From IMG/VR virus record IMGVR_UViG_3300034072_001093, positions 11,062 through 75,061 of that record: a DNA stretch of 64,000 nt; one strand, 5' to 3'. Below the pieces are notes generated by a model. It was not told where the DNA came from, made no database searches, and saw only the letters and a list, made by a program, of their open reading frames with translations. Position 1 is the first letter of the stretch; each line of letters opens with the position of its first letter. Shown piece by piece: positions 1 through 9,981 of the stretch. Both the position numbers and the translations under genes were made by a program. The stretch is from a virus.

Positions 1-1
1 A

Positions 2-253
2 CTCAACCCCGACTTCAAGAAGCTGATCCTCGACGAGTTCTGCCTGCGCGAAGCAGCTCGCTATGTTCAGTCGTCGGCCGATCCGGCTCTGCCGGCCAAT
101 GAGCGGGCTGATGCTCTCGCCATGGCTCAGGCTTCTGGCCACCTGAAGCGCTTCCTGTCGGTCACGATCCAGATGGGTGCTCATGCTGAGCGGGAAATGC
201 CCGAGATCGACGCCGCCCTCGCCGAAGCCCGTGCCGAGGAGGGTGCTGACTGA
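2..253 (+). CDS. N4 gp58-like protein (5' truncated)
   Basis: Open frame from the window edge (LNPDFKKLILDEFCLREAARYVQSSADP...EARAEEGAD*). Its TGA overlaps the ATG at 253. Syntenic position upstream of gp57-like and the capsid gene. Confidence 0.65.
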   Translation, partial: LNPDFKKLILDEFCLREAARYVQSSADPALPANERADALAMAQASGHLKRFLSVTIQMGAHAEREMPEIDAALAEARAEEGAD

Positions 254-1482
254 TGACTACCGAAAACACCAATCCGCTGGGAATGTCCGATGAGGACTTC
301 CTGAACATGGTTCCCCCTTCGAGCGAACCCAAGCAGGAGCAGGAAGCTGCACCGGCTGAGGCCGCCGCTGAAGACGAGGAACAGCAGGGAAACGAGGGCA
401 CCGCCGACACACCCGCCGAAGGTCAAGCGGCCGAAGGGACGGAAACGGACGGAACCTCGGACACCGAAACTGGAGCGGCCGCCGAAGCTGAAGACGAAGG
501 TGCTGAGGGTGACGAGGGCAAAGAAGCCCCCAAAGATCCCTCCCCCGCATCTGGCGACACCAAAGCCGCGGACGGCGCAGCCGTCAAAGCAGGCGAAGGT
601 GGCGACAAGGGCGGGGAGAAGAAGGCCGAACCGAAGTCCAACACCAATGAAAGTCCGAACTACCAGGCTTTCTACGAACAGATCATGACGCCGTTCAAGG
701 CGAATGGTCGCACCATTGAACTGAAGTCGCCTGAAGAGGCGATCCAGCTCATGCAGATGGGTGCGAACTACACCAAGAAAATGCAGGATATACAGCCGCA
801 CCGCAAAGTGCTAATGATGCTGCAGAACAACGACCTTCTCGACGAGGGCAAGCTCTCCTTCGCCATTGACCTGGTGAAGAAAGACCCCGAGGCGATCAAG
901 AAGCTCGTCAAGGATGCTGGTATCGATCCAATGGACATCGATACCACCGTCGAACCCTCTTACACCGAGGGCAACCACACGGTTAGCGACGAAGAAGCCC
1001 GGTTCCGGGAAACTCTGGAGGACGTCACTTCCTCCGAGTCCGGCAAGGAAACGCTTCAAACGATCGATCGCACCTGGGACCCTGCCAGCAAAGAGGCTCT
1101 GTGGAAATCGCCCGAGATCATGGCGATCATGCACCAACAGCGGGAAGCAGGCGTCTATGACGTCATCGCCGCCGAGGTCGAACGCCAGCGCACACTGGGC
1201 AAGATTCCCGCAAACACCCCGTTCCTCCAGGCCTACAAGGACGTAGGCGAACAGCTCACTCAGGCAGGTGCTTTCGGCACCCCTACTGCTGACCAATCCG
1301 GCAAGCCGGAACGTCAGAAGATCGGTGAGAAAGTCGCTGCTCCCAAGCCCAAGGTGACCAACGGGGACAAGGCCAGTGCTGCTGCTCCCACGCGCAGTGC
1401 AGGCAAGCCCGCCCACAAAATCGTGAACCCGCTGTCGATGTCCGACGACGAGTTCATGAACAGCTTCAAAGATCGCCTTTGA
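253..1482 (+). CDS. N4 gp57-like protein (putative scaffold; often annotated tape-measure)
   Basis: Acidic low-complexity N-terminus, conserved block PFKANG..LMQMGANYTKKMQ, NPLxMSDE/DxF at both ends. Directly upstream of the capsid gene. Confidence 0.8.
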   Translation: MTTENTNPLGMSDEDFLNMVPPSSEPKQEQEAAPAEAAAEDEEQQGNEGTADTPAEGQAAEGTETDGTSDTETGAAAEAEDEGAEGDEGKEAPKDPSPASGDTKAADGAAVKAGEGGDKGGEKKAEPKSNTNESPNYQAFYEQIMTPFKANGRTIELKSPEEAIQLMQMGANYTKKMQDIQPHRKVLMMLQNNDLLDEGKLSFAIDLVKKDPEAIKKLVKDAGIDPMDIDTTVEPSYTEGNHTVSDEEARFRETLEDVTSSESGKETLQTIDRTWDPASKEALWKSPEIMAIMHQQREAGVYDVIAAEVERQRTLGKIPANTPFLQAYKDVGEQLTQAGAFGTPTADQSGKPERQKIGEKVAAPKPKVTNGDKASAAAPTRSAGKPAHKIVNPLSMSDDEFMNSFKDRL

Positions 1483-1506
1483 TCGTCTCCAGGGACCAAA
1501 AACAAG

Positions 1507-2697
1507 ATGTTGAACTACAACGCACCCGCCGCTGGCCAGAAGTCGTCGATCGACAGTGCCGGCTCCGATCAGATGAACACCTTCTTCTGGCTGAAGAAGT
1601 CGATCATCGAAAGCCGGAAGGAGCAGTTTTTCATGCCGCTCGCTTCCGTCACCAACATGCCGAAGCATTACGGCAAGTCGATCAAGGTCTATGAGTACGT
1701 TCCGCTGCTCGATGACCGCAACGTCAACGATCAGGGTCTCGACGCTGCCGGTGCTACCACCGTCAACGGCAACCTGTACGGTTCGAGCCGTGACGTTGGC
1801 ACCATCACCTCGCGTCTGCCCACGCTGACCGAGAATGGCGGTCGTGTGAACCGTGTCGGCTTCACCCGTCTGGAACGCGAAGGCTCGATCCACAAGTTCG
1901 GTTTCTTCACCGAATTTACCCAGGAATCGATGGACTTCGATTCGGACGACATGCTGATGGATCACCTGTCGCGTGAGCTGATGACCGGTGCCGTACAGCT
2001 GACCGAAGCTGTGCTGCAGAAGGATCTGCTCGCTGCTGCTGGCACCGTCCTGTTCGCAGGTATGGCAGCCAACAACGGCCAGGTCACCGGCGAAGGCCAG
2101 GTGCCCTCGGTGGTCAGCTATGCCAACCTGATGCGCCTCGATCAGATCCTGACCGACAACCGCACGCCGAAGCAGACCAAGGTCATCACTGGCTCGCGTC
2201 TGAACGACACCAAGACTATTCCTGGTGCTCGCGTCATGTTCGTCGGCTCGGAACTGGTTCCGCTGCTGAAGGGCCTGAAGGACCTGTTCAACAATCCGGC
2301 TTTCATCGCCATCCAGCACTATGCGGATGCCGGTACGATCCTGAACGGTGAGATCGGCACGATCGATGCCTTCCGCATCGTCCAAGTTCCGGAAATGCTG
2401 CACTGGGCAGGTGCTGGTGCCGATGTCGTGGACAACCCCGGTTACCGGGAGACCAACGGCAATTACGACATCTACCCGATGCTCGTGATCGGCGAGGACA
2501 GCTTCACCACCATCGGCTTCCAGACCGACGGCCAGACGGTGAAGTTCTCGGTGATGACCAAGATGCCGGGCAAGGAAACCGCGGATCGCAACGATCCCTA
2601 CGGTGAGACCGGCTTCAGCTCGATCAAGTGGTACTACGGTATCCTGGTCAAGCGTCCCGAGCGCATCGCTCTGGTGAAGACCGTCGCTCCGCTCTGA
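1507..2697 (+). CDS. Major capsid protein (N4 gp56 family)
   Basis: 396 aa with [33 protein letters not shown] and [16 protein letters not shown], characteristic of N4-like capsid proteins. Confidence 0.95.
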   Translation: MLNYNAPAAGQKSSIDSAGSDQMNTFFWLKKSIIESRKEQFFMPLASVTNMPKHYGKSIKVYEYVPLLDDRNVNDQGLDAAGATTVNGNLYGSSRDVGTITSRLPTLTENGGRVNRVGFTRLEREGSIHKFGFFTEFTQESMDFDSDDMLMDHLSRELMTGAVQLTEAVLQKDLLAAAGTVLFAGMAANNGQVTGEGQVPSVVSYANLMRLDQILTDNRTPKQTKVITGSRLNDTKTIPGARVMFVGSELVPLLKGLKDLFNNPAFIAIQHYADAGTILNGEIGTIDAFRIVQVPEMLHWAGAGADVVDNPGYRETNGNYDIYPMLVIGEDSFTTIGFQTDGQTVKFSVMTKMPGKETADRNDPYGETGFSSIKWYYGILVKRPERIALVKTVAPL

Positions 2698-2718
2698 TTG
2701 AGCTGAGCCAATGATCGA

Positions 2719-2742
2719 GGGGGGAGCAATCCCCCCTCTTTC
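2719..2742 (+). terminator. Hairpin terminator after the capsid gene
   Basis: GGGGGGA-GCAA-TCCCCCC stem with a GNRA loop, followed by TCTTT. Confidence 0.7.
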
Positions 2743-2773
2743 AGCATTCCCCCAAGATAAGAGACCAACAGAA

Positions 2774-3394
2774 ATGTCCGACGAAACCCAGAACACTGCC
2801 CCGGCCAAGACCGAGCTCGAAGTCCTCAAGGACCGTGCTCGCGTGATGGGCATCACCTTCTCGCCCAACATCGGTGTCGAGGCCCTGCGTGCCCGCATTG
2901 AAGCCAAGATGAACGGCGAAGACGAGAAGAGCCAGGAGCAGGAAGCTCCCCAGCAGGCTCAGAACGAGATCAATCCCCTCGGCGAAACTCCGACCGATCG
3001 GCCGCTCACGATGTCCGAGCTTCGTAAGAAGATCATCGCCGAGCAGACCCGTCTGGTTCGCATCCGCATCACCAACATGGATCCCAAAAAGAAGGATCTG
3101 CCGGGTGAAATTATCACGGTGGCCAACGAGTTCATGGGCACCATCAAGAAGTATGTGCCCTATGGCGAGGCAACCGAGAACGGTTACCATGTGCCGTACT
3201 GCATCTATGACTTCCTGAAGGAGCGCCGCTTCCTCGACATCCGCACGAAGCGCGACAAGAAGGGTCAGATCCAAACCACCGCAAACTATGTTCGCGAGTT
3301 CGCGATCGAGGTGCTCGATCCCCTGACGCCCGAAGAACTGGCTCGTCTCGCCAACCAGCAGGCTGCCAGCGGCAGCGTGACCAACGCCGACTGA
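2774..3394 (+). CDS. N4 gp55-like protein
   Basis: LKDRARVMGITFSPNIG and RIRITNMDPKKKDLPGEIITVAN motifs. Start moved to ATG 2774, downstream of the terminator. Confidence 0.8.
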   Translation: MSDETQNTAPAKTELEVLKDRARVMGITFSPNIGVEALRARIEAKMNGEDEKSQEQEAPQQAQNEINPLGETPTDRPLTMSELRKKIIAEQTRLVRIRITNMDPKKKDLPGEIITVANEFMGTIKKYVPYGEATENGYHVPYCIYDFLKERRFLDIRTKRDKKGQIQTTANYVREFAIEVLDPLTPEELARLANQQAASGSVTNAD

Positions 3395-3416
3395 TCCAGG
3401 AAGGACACCTCCCCCG

Positions 3417-5060
3417 ATGGCAACCAACGGTGCAGATCTTGTCGCCAATGATCTGTTGAACTCTCTGGCTCCAGGGCCTGAGTTCGAGGTCCCGAACATC
3501 GACATCACGCAGGATGAGTTCCAGTTTCCTGGTTCTCTCGGCGATGATCTCTATGGCACGGTAACCCGGCTCAAGAACGAAGATCTCACCACCGGTGCCG
3601 TCGGGGGCACTGGTGCCTTTGATGCGCTCATGCAGAGCATCAAGGCACACCTGCGGGAAGAATATGACAAGGGCCGGATCACCGGCGCTGAGTACACCAA
3701 GGCATACATCGCCCTCACCGAGGGTGCGATGGCAAACGCAACCCAATTTCTTCTGAGCCGGGAGCAGGCATTCTGGGAAGCCCAGAAAAGCCAGATTGCT
3801 GCGATATCGGGCCTCACCGAACTGGAGCTTCAGAAGCTCCGGATCACCCAGGCTCGTCTGGAAGCTGTGACCACTCGGGTAAACTTTGCGCGAGCGAAGA
3901 TCTCGCTGGCTCTGGAAGACCTCAACTTCGGAACGGCCAAGTTCAATCTCGACCAGATCCTGCCGAAGGAGCTGGAGCTCAAGGGTCTCCAGGGCCTGAG
4001 CATCACGAGCCAGACCAACCTGACCGACAAGCAGCTCGATCGACTGGACTCCGAAATCTCCCTGACCGAAGCTCAGGTCAGCAAGATGGCTGTCGAGGAG
4101 ACGCTCGTCACACAGCAGGTTGCCAAGCTGGTCAAGGACACGGATTACATCGTGGCCCAGACTGGACAGATCGAGAGCCAGATCGAGCTTACTGAAGCCC
4201 AGACCCTAAAGCTCGGTAGCGATAAGAGCCTGGTTGACGCTGAGGTTCTCAAAAACGCCCAGGAGCTGCAGGTCCTCATCAAGCAGGTCACCAAGCTCGA
4301 CAGCGAGATCGAGCTGACTGACGCACAGATTGCCAAGATGGAAAGCGACACTGCGGTCAATACGGCCCAGATTGCAAAGCTCGCCAGCGATCGTCTCTAC
4401 GTCGATGCCCAGGCCACCAAGATCCCGAGCGAGATCCTGTTGACCGATGCCCAGACCGCAAAACTCGGCAGCGACAAGCTTTACGTGGATGCCCAGATCA
4501 CCAAGGTTGCAAGCGAGAAATCGCTGATCGACAGCCAGGTGGCCAAGGCTGCAGCGGAAAAGCTCAACATCGAAGCGAACACCAATCGCATCACGGCCGA
4601 GATCACTCTGCTTGGTTCCCAGAACCAGAAGATGCTGTCGGACAAGCTGCTGGTCGACGCCCAGCGGACGAACCTGGGTGCCGAGAAGCTGAAGATCGAA
4701 GCCGACACCCAGTTCATTCTGTCCCGTGTCACGCTCAACGAAAACGAGATCGACCTGTTCGAGATCAAAGAGAAGCTCATGCAGGAGCAACTCGAAGGTG
4801 AGCGAGCCAAGACGATGGATACCCGATCGGATGGGATCACCCCCATCCTGGGTTCGGTCGGCAAGCAGAAGGACCTCTACGCCCAGCAGATCGTGTCGTA
4901 TCAGCGGGATGCCGAGGTCAAGGCCGGCAAGCTGTTCGTGGACAGCTGGATCACGCAGAAGACGATCGATGAAGGTCTCCTGGCTCCCCAGGGCTTCACC
5001 AATGCCAGCCTCGATCAGGTGCTCTCTGCGCTCAAGATCAAGAACGGCTTCGTGCCGTAA
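3417..5060 (+). CDS. N4 gp54-like virion structural protein with internal repeats
   Basis: GTGAFDALM, GRITGAEY and GKQKDLYAQQIVSYQRDAEVK motifs. The centre holds helical repeats. Confidence 0.8.
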   Translation: MATNGADLVANDLLNSLAPGPEFEVPNIDITQDEFQFPGSLGDDLYGTVTRLKNEDLTTGAVGGTGAFDALMQSIKAHLREEYDKGRITGAEYTKAYIALTEGAMANATQFLLSREQAFWEAQKSQIAAISGLTELELQKLRITQARLEAVTTRVNFARAKISLALEDLNFGTAKFNLDQILPKELELKGLQGLSITSQTNLTDKQLDRLDSEISLTEAQVSKMAVEETLVTQQVAKLVKDTDYIVAQTGQIESQIELTEAQTLKLGSDKSLVDAEVLKNAQELQVLIKQVTKLDSEIELTDAQIAKMESDTAVNTAQIAKLASDRLYVDAQATKIPSEILLTDAQTAKLGSDKLYVDAQITKVASEKSLIDSQVAKAAAEKLNIEANTNRITAEITLLGSQNQKMLSDKLLVDAQRTNLGAEKLKIEADTQFILSRVTLNENEIDLFEIKEKLMQEQLEGERAKTMDTRSDGITPILGSVGKQKDLYAQQIVSYQRDAEVKAGKLFVDSWITQKTIDEGLLAPQGFTNASLDQVLSALKIKNGFVP

Positions 5061-7282
5061 TGGGCCTGCTTGGCGGAACCAAGATCTATGTCTCGTCGGT
5101 GGCCTACAACCTGGCTGGTGACGAGAAGGATCGGCCGAATTTCCTGAAGAGCGTGGTGATCGGGAACATCCTGACACCACGCAATATCTCCATGTCCCAG
5201 GCCCTGGCGTCAGCCTATGGCAAGGGACCAGGCATGAAGCTGCGTTCGCTGTTCAAATGGGCACAGCGGAACTACAAGCTGGTGGGTATGCCCCAGTCCA
5301 GGGGACGCAGCTCATTCCGGATCGATTACAACGCCGTCAAGCAGCGTATCCCGGTGGAGTGGAGTACGATCGCTGACATCCGGGTAGTGAAGACCGGTGT
5401 GGCCGATTACACCTGGTGGGCGGAGCAGTGGATCCTGGACTATGAGCCAGCCATCTTCGAGACCAACTGGCAAGCGGATATCGACAACAATTATAACGAG
5501 ATCACGATCTACCGGGCCGATGGCACGTCGATCACGTTCGCCCCTCAGGGCTTCGACCGAAACGCACTCTACCTCTACGTGGTCTATGGTTCTCGGAACC
5601 TGCATCAGGGCAGGATCTGGATCTACAAATACCTGTCTGGTCAGCCGACACTCGACATCATGATCTCGGAGACAGCTGCTCCCCTGAGCGACTGGTATCC
5701 GGTGATCCCTGTCCGTCTAAACAACCGGTTCGTCTCCGAGGAGAACCGGGCCGAGCTCTATTACGATGCCAAGCGCTGCTACAAAAAGGCAACCGGAGAG
5801 CATCTCGATAGCCTGATCGACAAGCTCAAGGACAACGAGAACCTCGACGACATCGACTATGCCCACGTCATCTTCGGGGTGTCGCTGAACACAAAGGAGA
5901 ATGCCGGGCTGCGATACCTCTACCAGTTCTTCTTCAAGCACATGCCGAACCAGGCCACGGATTCTCAGTATTACCAGCTCTGGAAGTCCAAGCAGGAGCT
6001 CTACGAGCAGCAGGCCCAGGCTTGGGTGGACTGGCGTGACGAGCAGGGATTTGTGCGTCCTGGTGACCTGCTCCAGGGAACCAAGCAGCCGAGCTACCCG
6101 AGGCCTCCGGTGCCGCCCTGGAATGGTGTCCAGATCCGGCATGAAGCTCCCGCGGATATTGATTTCGACATCGACATCGGATGGCGTGCGATCACCGAGC
6201 AGAAGGGCACAGGCCTGGGCAAGCCGGACGCCAAACCCGGCGATCTGTGGTGGGAAGTGCGAAGCGGATACCGCTTCAATCTGTTCGGGCAAGACGGCCA
6301 GGTCATCACCAAGAAGTCGAGCCAGAAGGATGATTATGTCGTTCTCTGGTGGCAGACCGGTGTCGATAGCTGGCGTGCTCTGCACATCGAGGGCCTGGTT
6401 CACAACAACTTCGTGTACCGGGGCAAGGATGTGGAGACCACGGCAACCGAGGCGATCACCGACGAAGACCCTTCAGGGTTCATCGTGCCGCTCCAGTATT
6501 CCACCTTCACTGAGATGAGCCTGATCGAGGCAACGCAGATGTCGACTGCGTGCATCCATCTGGTGCTCAACTCCTACAAGGTGGTGAAGAAGAAATGGTA
6601 TCAGACCGGTCTGTTCAAGATCGTCCTGATCGTCGCTGTCATTGCCACGATCTATTTCACCGGAGGCTTCTCGGCAGGTGCCGTTGGTGCTCTTGGCTCC
6701 AACCTTGCAGTAGGCACAGCGATCGGCTTGACCGGCATGGCTGCGATCATTGTCGGAGCAGTGGCCAACGCCATTGCAGCCATGATCATCACGAGCGTTA
6801 TCACCAAGGGAGCGACTGCAGCTTTCGGGGCGAAGATCGGCGCGATCGTCGGGGTCCTTGCCTCGCTGGTCGCGATCAACGGGCTCACCAACATGGCGAG
6901 CACCGGTAACTTTGCGATCAACTTTGGAAGCATGGCCAGGGCGGAGAATCTGCTCAAGCTCGCCAGTGCTGCCGGCAACGCATATTCCGGTTTCGTGGAG
7001 GCCTCGATAGCGGACATTGCCGCTGAGACCCAGGAGATGCTCGACGAGTACAAGGGCGAAGCGGAAAAGCTGTCTGCTCTCTATGAAGAGATGGTGGGAT
7101 CTGATAGAGGTGTCATTGACCCCACGACATTCACCAACGTGGGCAGCCCATTTATCGAGAGCCCTGGTTCCTTCCTTGGACGGACTCTCATGACGGGAAG
7201 CGACATCGCCGATCTCTCTCTAGAGATGCTGTCCAACTTCGCCGACATCACCCTCAGCACTGAACTTTCGCTCGACGCATGA
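5060..7282 (+). CDS. N4 gp53-like virion protein with hydrophobic C-terminal helices
   Basis: KIYVSSVAYNLAGD N-terminus, KKKWYQTGLFK followed by hydrophobic segments, LGRTLMTGSDIA near the end. Syntenic. Confidence 0.8.
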   Translation: MGLLGGTKIYVSSVAYNLAGDEKDRPNFLKSVVIGNILTPRNISMSQALASAYGKGPGMKLRSLFKWAQRNYKLVGMPQSRGRSSFRIDYNAVKQRIPVEWSTIADIRVVKTGVADYTWWAEQWILDYEPAIFETNWQADIDNNYNEITIYRADGTSITFAPQGFDRNALYLYVVYGSRNLHQGRIWIYKYLSGQPTLDIMISETAAPLSDWYPVIPVRLNNRFVSEENRAELYYDAKRCYKKATGEHLDSLIDKLKDNENLDDIDYAHVIFGVSLNTKENAGLRYLYQFFFKHMPNQATDSQYYQLWKSKQELYEQQAQAWVDWRDEQGFVRPGDLLQGTKQPSYPRPPVPPWNGVQIRHEAPADIDFDIDIGWRAITEQKGTGLGKPDAKPGDLWWEVRSGYRFNLFGQDGQVITKKSSQKDDYVVLWWQTGVDSWRALHIEGLVHNNFVYRGKDVETTATEAITDEDPSGFIVPLQYSTFTEMSLIEATQMSTACIHLVLNSYKVVKKKWYQTGLFKIVLIVAVIATIYFTGGFSAGAVGALGSNLAVGTAIGLTGMAAIIVGAVANAIAAMIITSVITKGATAAFGAKIGAIVGVLASLVAINGLTNMASTGNFAINFGSMARAENLLKLASAAGNAYSGFVEASIADIAAETQEMLDEYKGEAEKLSALYEEMVGSDRGVIDPTTFTNVGSPFIESPGSFLGRTLMTGSDIADLSLEMLSNFADITLSTELSLDA

Positions 7283-7302
7283 GCTGAATGTGGAGACCAT
7301 CC

Positions 7303-7839
7303 ATGTCTGAAATGAACAACACGCCCTTCGGTCTTCGCTCTTATCGGCCTCTGCCGATGGGTGAGGACTTCATGGGTGGCCCTACCCTCGCTGACTCGCT
7401 CCGTGGCTTTGGTGGGACGGGTGGCGTTCCCCTGTCTGGCTCCTCGCTTGCGGGCAATATCGTGCTCGACCCCAATATGGGGGCAAACCTTGCTTCGGCG
7501 GCGATGACCCCGGCAATTGCTGGTATGCCGAACGCTGGCGGCATCGGAGCAAGCTGGGGAAAGCCCACCTTCACCGATAAAGCCAATATGGTGATTTCGG
7601 GTCTCGGCCTGCTCAGCAACCTCTGGATGGGATCCAAGCAGCTCAGCCTCGCCAAGCGGAACCAGAAGCTGGCAGAGCAGACCACCCAGGCCAACTATGA
7701 CGCTCAGCGTCTCGACACGGCACGAAGTCTTCAAGACATCGGCCGCACTCGTGCATTCACCGAAGGCCGATCGGAAGCCGACGGTAAAGCCTGGGCCGAC
7801 AGCTACACCCCCAAGGATCTGAAGTTCGGCCGCGGCTGA
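7303..7839 (+). CDS. N4 gp52-like virion/ejection protein
   Basis: Gly-rich protein with GLGLLSNLWMG..QLSLAK. Sits between gp53-like and gp51-like. Confidence 0.65.
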   Translation: MSEMNNTPFGLRSYRPLPMGEDFMGGPTLADSLRGFGGTGGVPLSGSSLAGNIVLDPNMGANLASAAMTPAIAGMPNAGGIGASWGKPTFTDKANMVISGLGLLSNLWMGSKQLSLAKRNQKLAEQTTQANYDAQRLDTARSLQDIGRTRAFTEGRSEADGKAWADSYTPKDLKFGRG

Positions 7840-7857
7840 TAAGAGAGGAACTCCCCG

Positions 7858-9888
7858 ATGCCCGGACCCACATGGCGTAACATTGCAGCTCCTGATCTCT
7901 CGACCAGCTTGGCTGCGATCTCGGCTGCCACCAACAATTTCAATCAGGGCCTGGCCACTGCAAAGGCTGGCTTCAACGAGTTCGACGCCAAGCAGTCGGA
8001 GCGTATGAACGCTGCATTCCAGACTGCCCTGCTGGGTCAGCAGGACAGCGGCAAGTTCTCCGAAGCCTTGGCTGCAGATCCGACCCTGGGCTTTGACCCT
8101 CGCCGGCTGAATGCCCAGAGCCTGGCCATGGCCGGCAACTGGACCAACACGCTCCTGGGTCAGGATCGCACCCGGCAGAGCCTGGAAGCTGGTGCCGAAG
8201 ACCTGAAACAGAGCCGCTGGAACTTCAGTGAAAAGCAGGGTGCTGCTGAGCGTGACAAGGTGCTCGGAGAGAGGCTGCCTGGATTGTTCAACCTGGCTCT
8301 GGCAGGCAAGGAAAATGAAGCCATGGCTGGCCTAGCTGCTGTCACTGGCCTTCGTGGTTCAGAGCTCAGCGAAGCTGGCAAAAACGTGCTCGGGTTTGCA
8401 AAGAGTGGTGTCGATATCACCGGTCAGCGACAGGATCAGAAGTTCCAGGCCGAGAACCAGAGTTGGAGCCGTGAGGACCGGGAAAGCGGCAAGGCTGCTG
8501 ATGCGATCGCAGAGGCTGTGCTTTCACAGGCAGGTCCTGGCGCGAACATCCTGGCTCTGGTTGAGCAGGCTTCTGCTGGTGCAAACCCGACGGTGCGTGC
8601 AGCAGTGCGTGCTCGTGTCGATGCTGCTCTGGGCACCTCGCTCTTCAGCGGAATGGGCGTCGGTGGTGGTGCAGGTGTCGGCGGTGGTGTTGCTCCTGGT
8701 GGTGGTAGCGGCAAAGACCGCTCGGGCATCATGAATTATGAAGCTCGTGCAGTTGGCTTTGATACCGTTCCTGCCAGCGTAAAGACGCTGGGAGACGCAG
8801 TTGCTTTCGGCAAGCAGGTGAACCGTGCTGGTGCGAGTTCCAGTGCCATGGGCATCTTCCAGATCACGCAAGAAACGATTCAGGATTTCGGTCAGCAGCT
8901 TTATGGCAAAGCTGGGTGGAAGAACAAGGAGTGGACGCCACAGGTTCAGGATGAGCTTGGGCAGGCGATATTCGAGGCCAGTAACGGCAGTGCTAAGGCT
9001 CTCAAAGGCCGGTGGGTTTCACTCTCGCTTGCTGAGGCTGAGCAGGTTCGTAAGCTGCCTTGGGAACAGGCCAAGGTCATCATCGCCCAGAAGGAGTCCG
9101 GTCACGACTTCACCGCTGGTGGTGCCCTGTCCCCGCAAGAAGCCGAGCGCATGGCTAAGCGTGGTGCAGACAGCAGCTCAACCGATCTGGATGTCCAGTC
9201 TTGGGCGAATGGGATTGGCAAGAACGCCCCCACGATCACGGTTGCTCAGGCGATCTCCAAGCAGATCCCTGGCTCCAAACCAAAAGAGCTGATGGTCATC
9301 ATCGATCGCATGGTCGATGCTTCCCGTGGACCGGACAAGAAGCCCAGGCTCAATCGGACTCAGGCAGGCCAGATCGTGATCGAGAGCATGACGCCTGACA
9401 CGTCTGGCTCTGTCCAGAAGTTCCTCGACTCCTGGGGTCTCGGCAGCGACAATCCGGCTCTGTCGGGTGGTTGGCGTCTGGACCAGGGCAAGGTCAGCAC
9501 CAAGGTCAAGGCTGCACTGCAGGGTGACCAGGCCTTCATCGTCAACGACAATGAACGCCGGATGGCCGAAGCGCAAAGCGTTGCACAGGCCCAGGCAGAG
9601 TACCAAGAGCTCGCGCAGCAGGAAAACGCGATCAGACGGGATATTGCTGCTGGCCGTGCTGGTCGAGCCAGTCTGCTGCCCCAAATCATCATGCAGAAGA
9701 ATGCGGCCTATGCCGCATGGAAACAGGCAGAAGAGCCGCTGCTCGAACGGGAGCGGAAGTCTCGGGGAGAGCCACCGAAGGGGACTCCTCCCAAGAAGAC
9801 CACGGCAAAAGCTCCTCCCGCAAAGCCAAAGGCTGAGCCCAGGAGCATCTTCAGCCTGGGAGACTGGTTCACACTGAACTCGAAATAA
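7858..9888 (+). CDS. N4 gp51-like ejected virion protein with lysozyme/transglycosylase-like domain
   Basis: TWRNIAAPD N-terminus. SSAMGIFQIT..T..WTPQVQD..W.SL resembles a lambda-type lysozyme motif. Directly upstream of vRNAP. Confidence 0.7.
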   Translation: MPGPTWRNIAAPDLSTSLAAISAATNNFNQGLATAKAGFNEFDAKQSERMNAAFQTALLGQQDSGKFSEALAADPTLGFDPRRLNAQSLAMAGNWTNTLLGQDRTRQSLEAGAEDLKQSRWNFSEKQGAAERDKVLGERLPGLFNLALAGKENEAMAGLAAVTGLRGSELSEAGKNVLGFAKSGVDITGQRQDQKFQAENQSWSREDRESGKAADAIAEAVLSQAGPGANILALVEQASAGANPTVRAAVRARVDAALGTSLFSGMGVGGGAGVGGGVAPGGGSGKDRSGIMNYEARAVGFDTVPASVKTLGDAVAFGKQVNRAGASSSAMGIFQITQETIQDFGQQLYGKAGWKNKEWTPQVQDELGQAIFEASNGSAKALKGRWVSLSLAEAEQVRKLPWEQAKVIIAQKESGHDFTAGGALSPQEAERMAKRGADSSSTDLDVQSWANGIGKNAPTITVAQAISKQIPGSKPKELMVIIDRMVDASRGPDKKPRLNRTQAGQIVIESMTPDTSGSVQKFLDSWGLGSDNPALSGGWRLDQGKVSTKVKAALQGDQAFIVNDNERRMAEAQSVAQAQAEYQELAQQENAIRRDIAAGRAGRASLLPQIIMQKNAAYAAWKQAEEPLLERERKSRGEPPKGTPPKKTTAKAPPAKPKAEPRSIFSLGDWFTLNSK

Positions 9889-9891
9889 AAT

Positions 9892-9927
9892 GGTAGGGCA
9901 GTCCCGGAATATCGGGGTTGCCCTACT
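9892..9927 (+). terminator. Stem-loop between gp51-like and vRNAP genes
   Basis: GTAGGGCA...TGCCCTAC inverted repeat just after the stop codon. Confidence 0.5.
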
Positions 9928-9981
9928 GACTCTCGCCCCCTTATAGGGGCCACAAAACATAATCCCAAAAGGGAAACCCAG

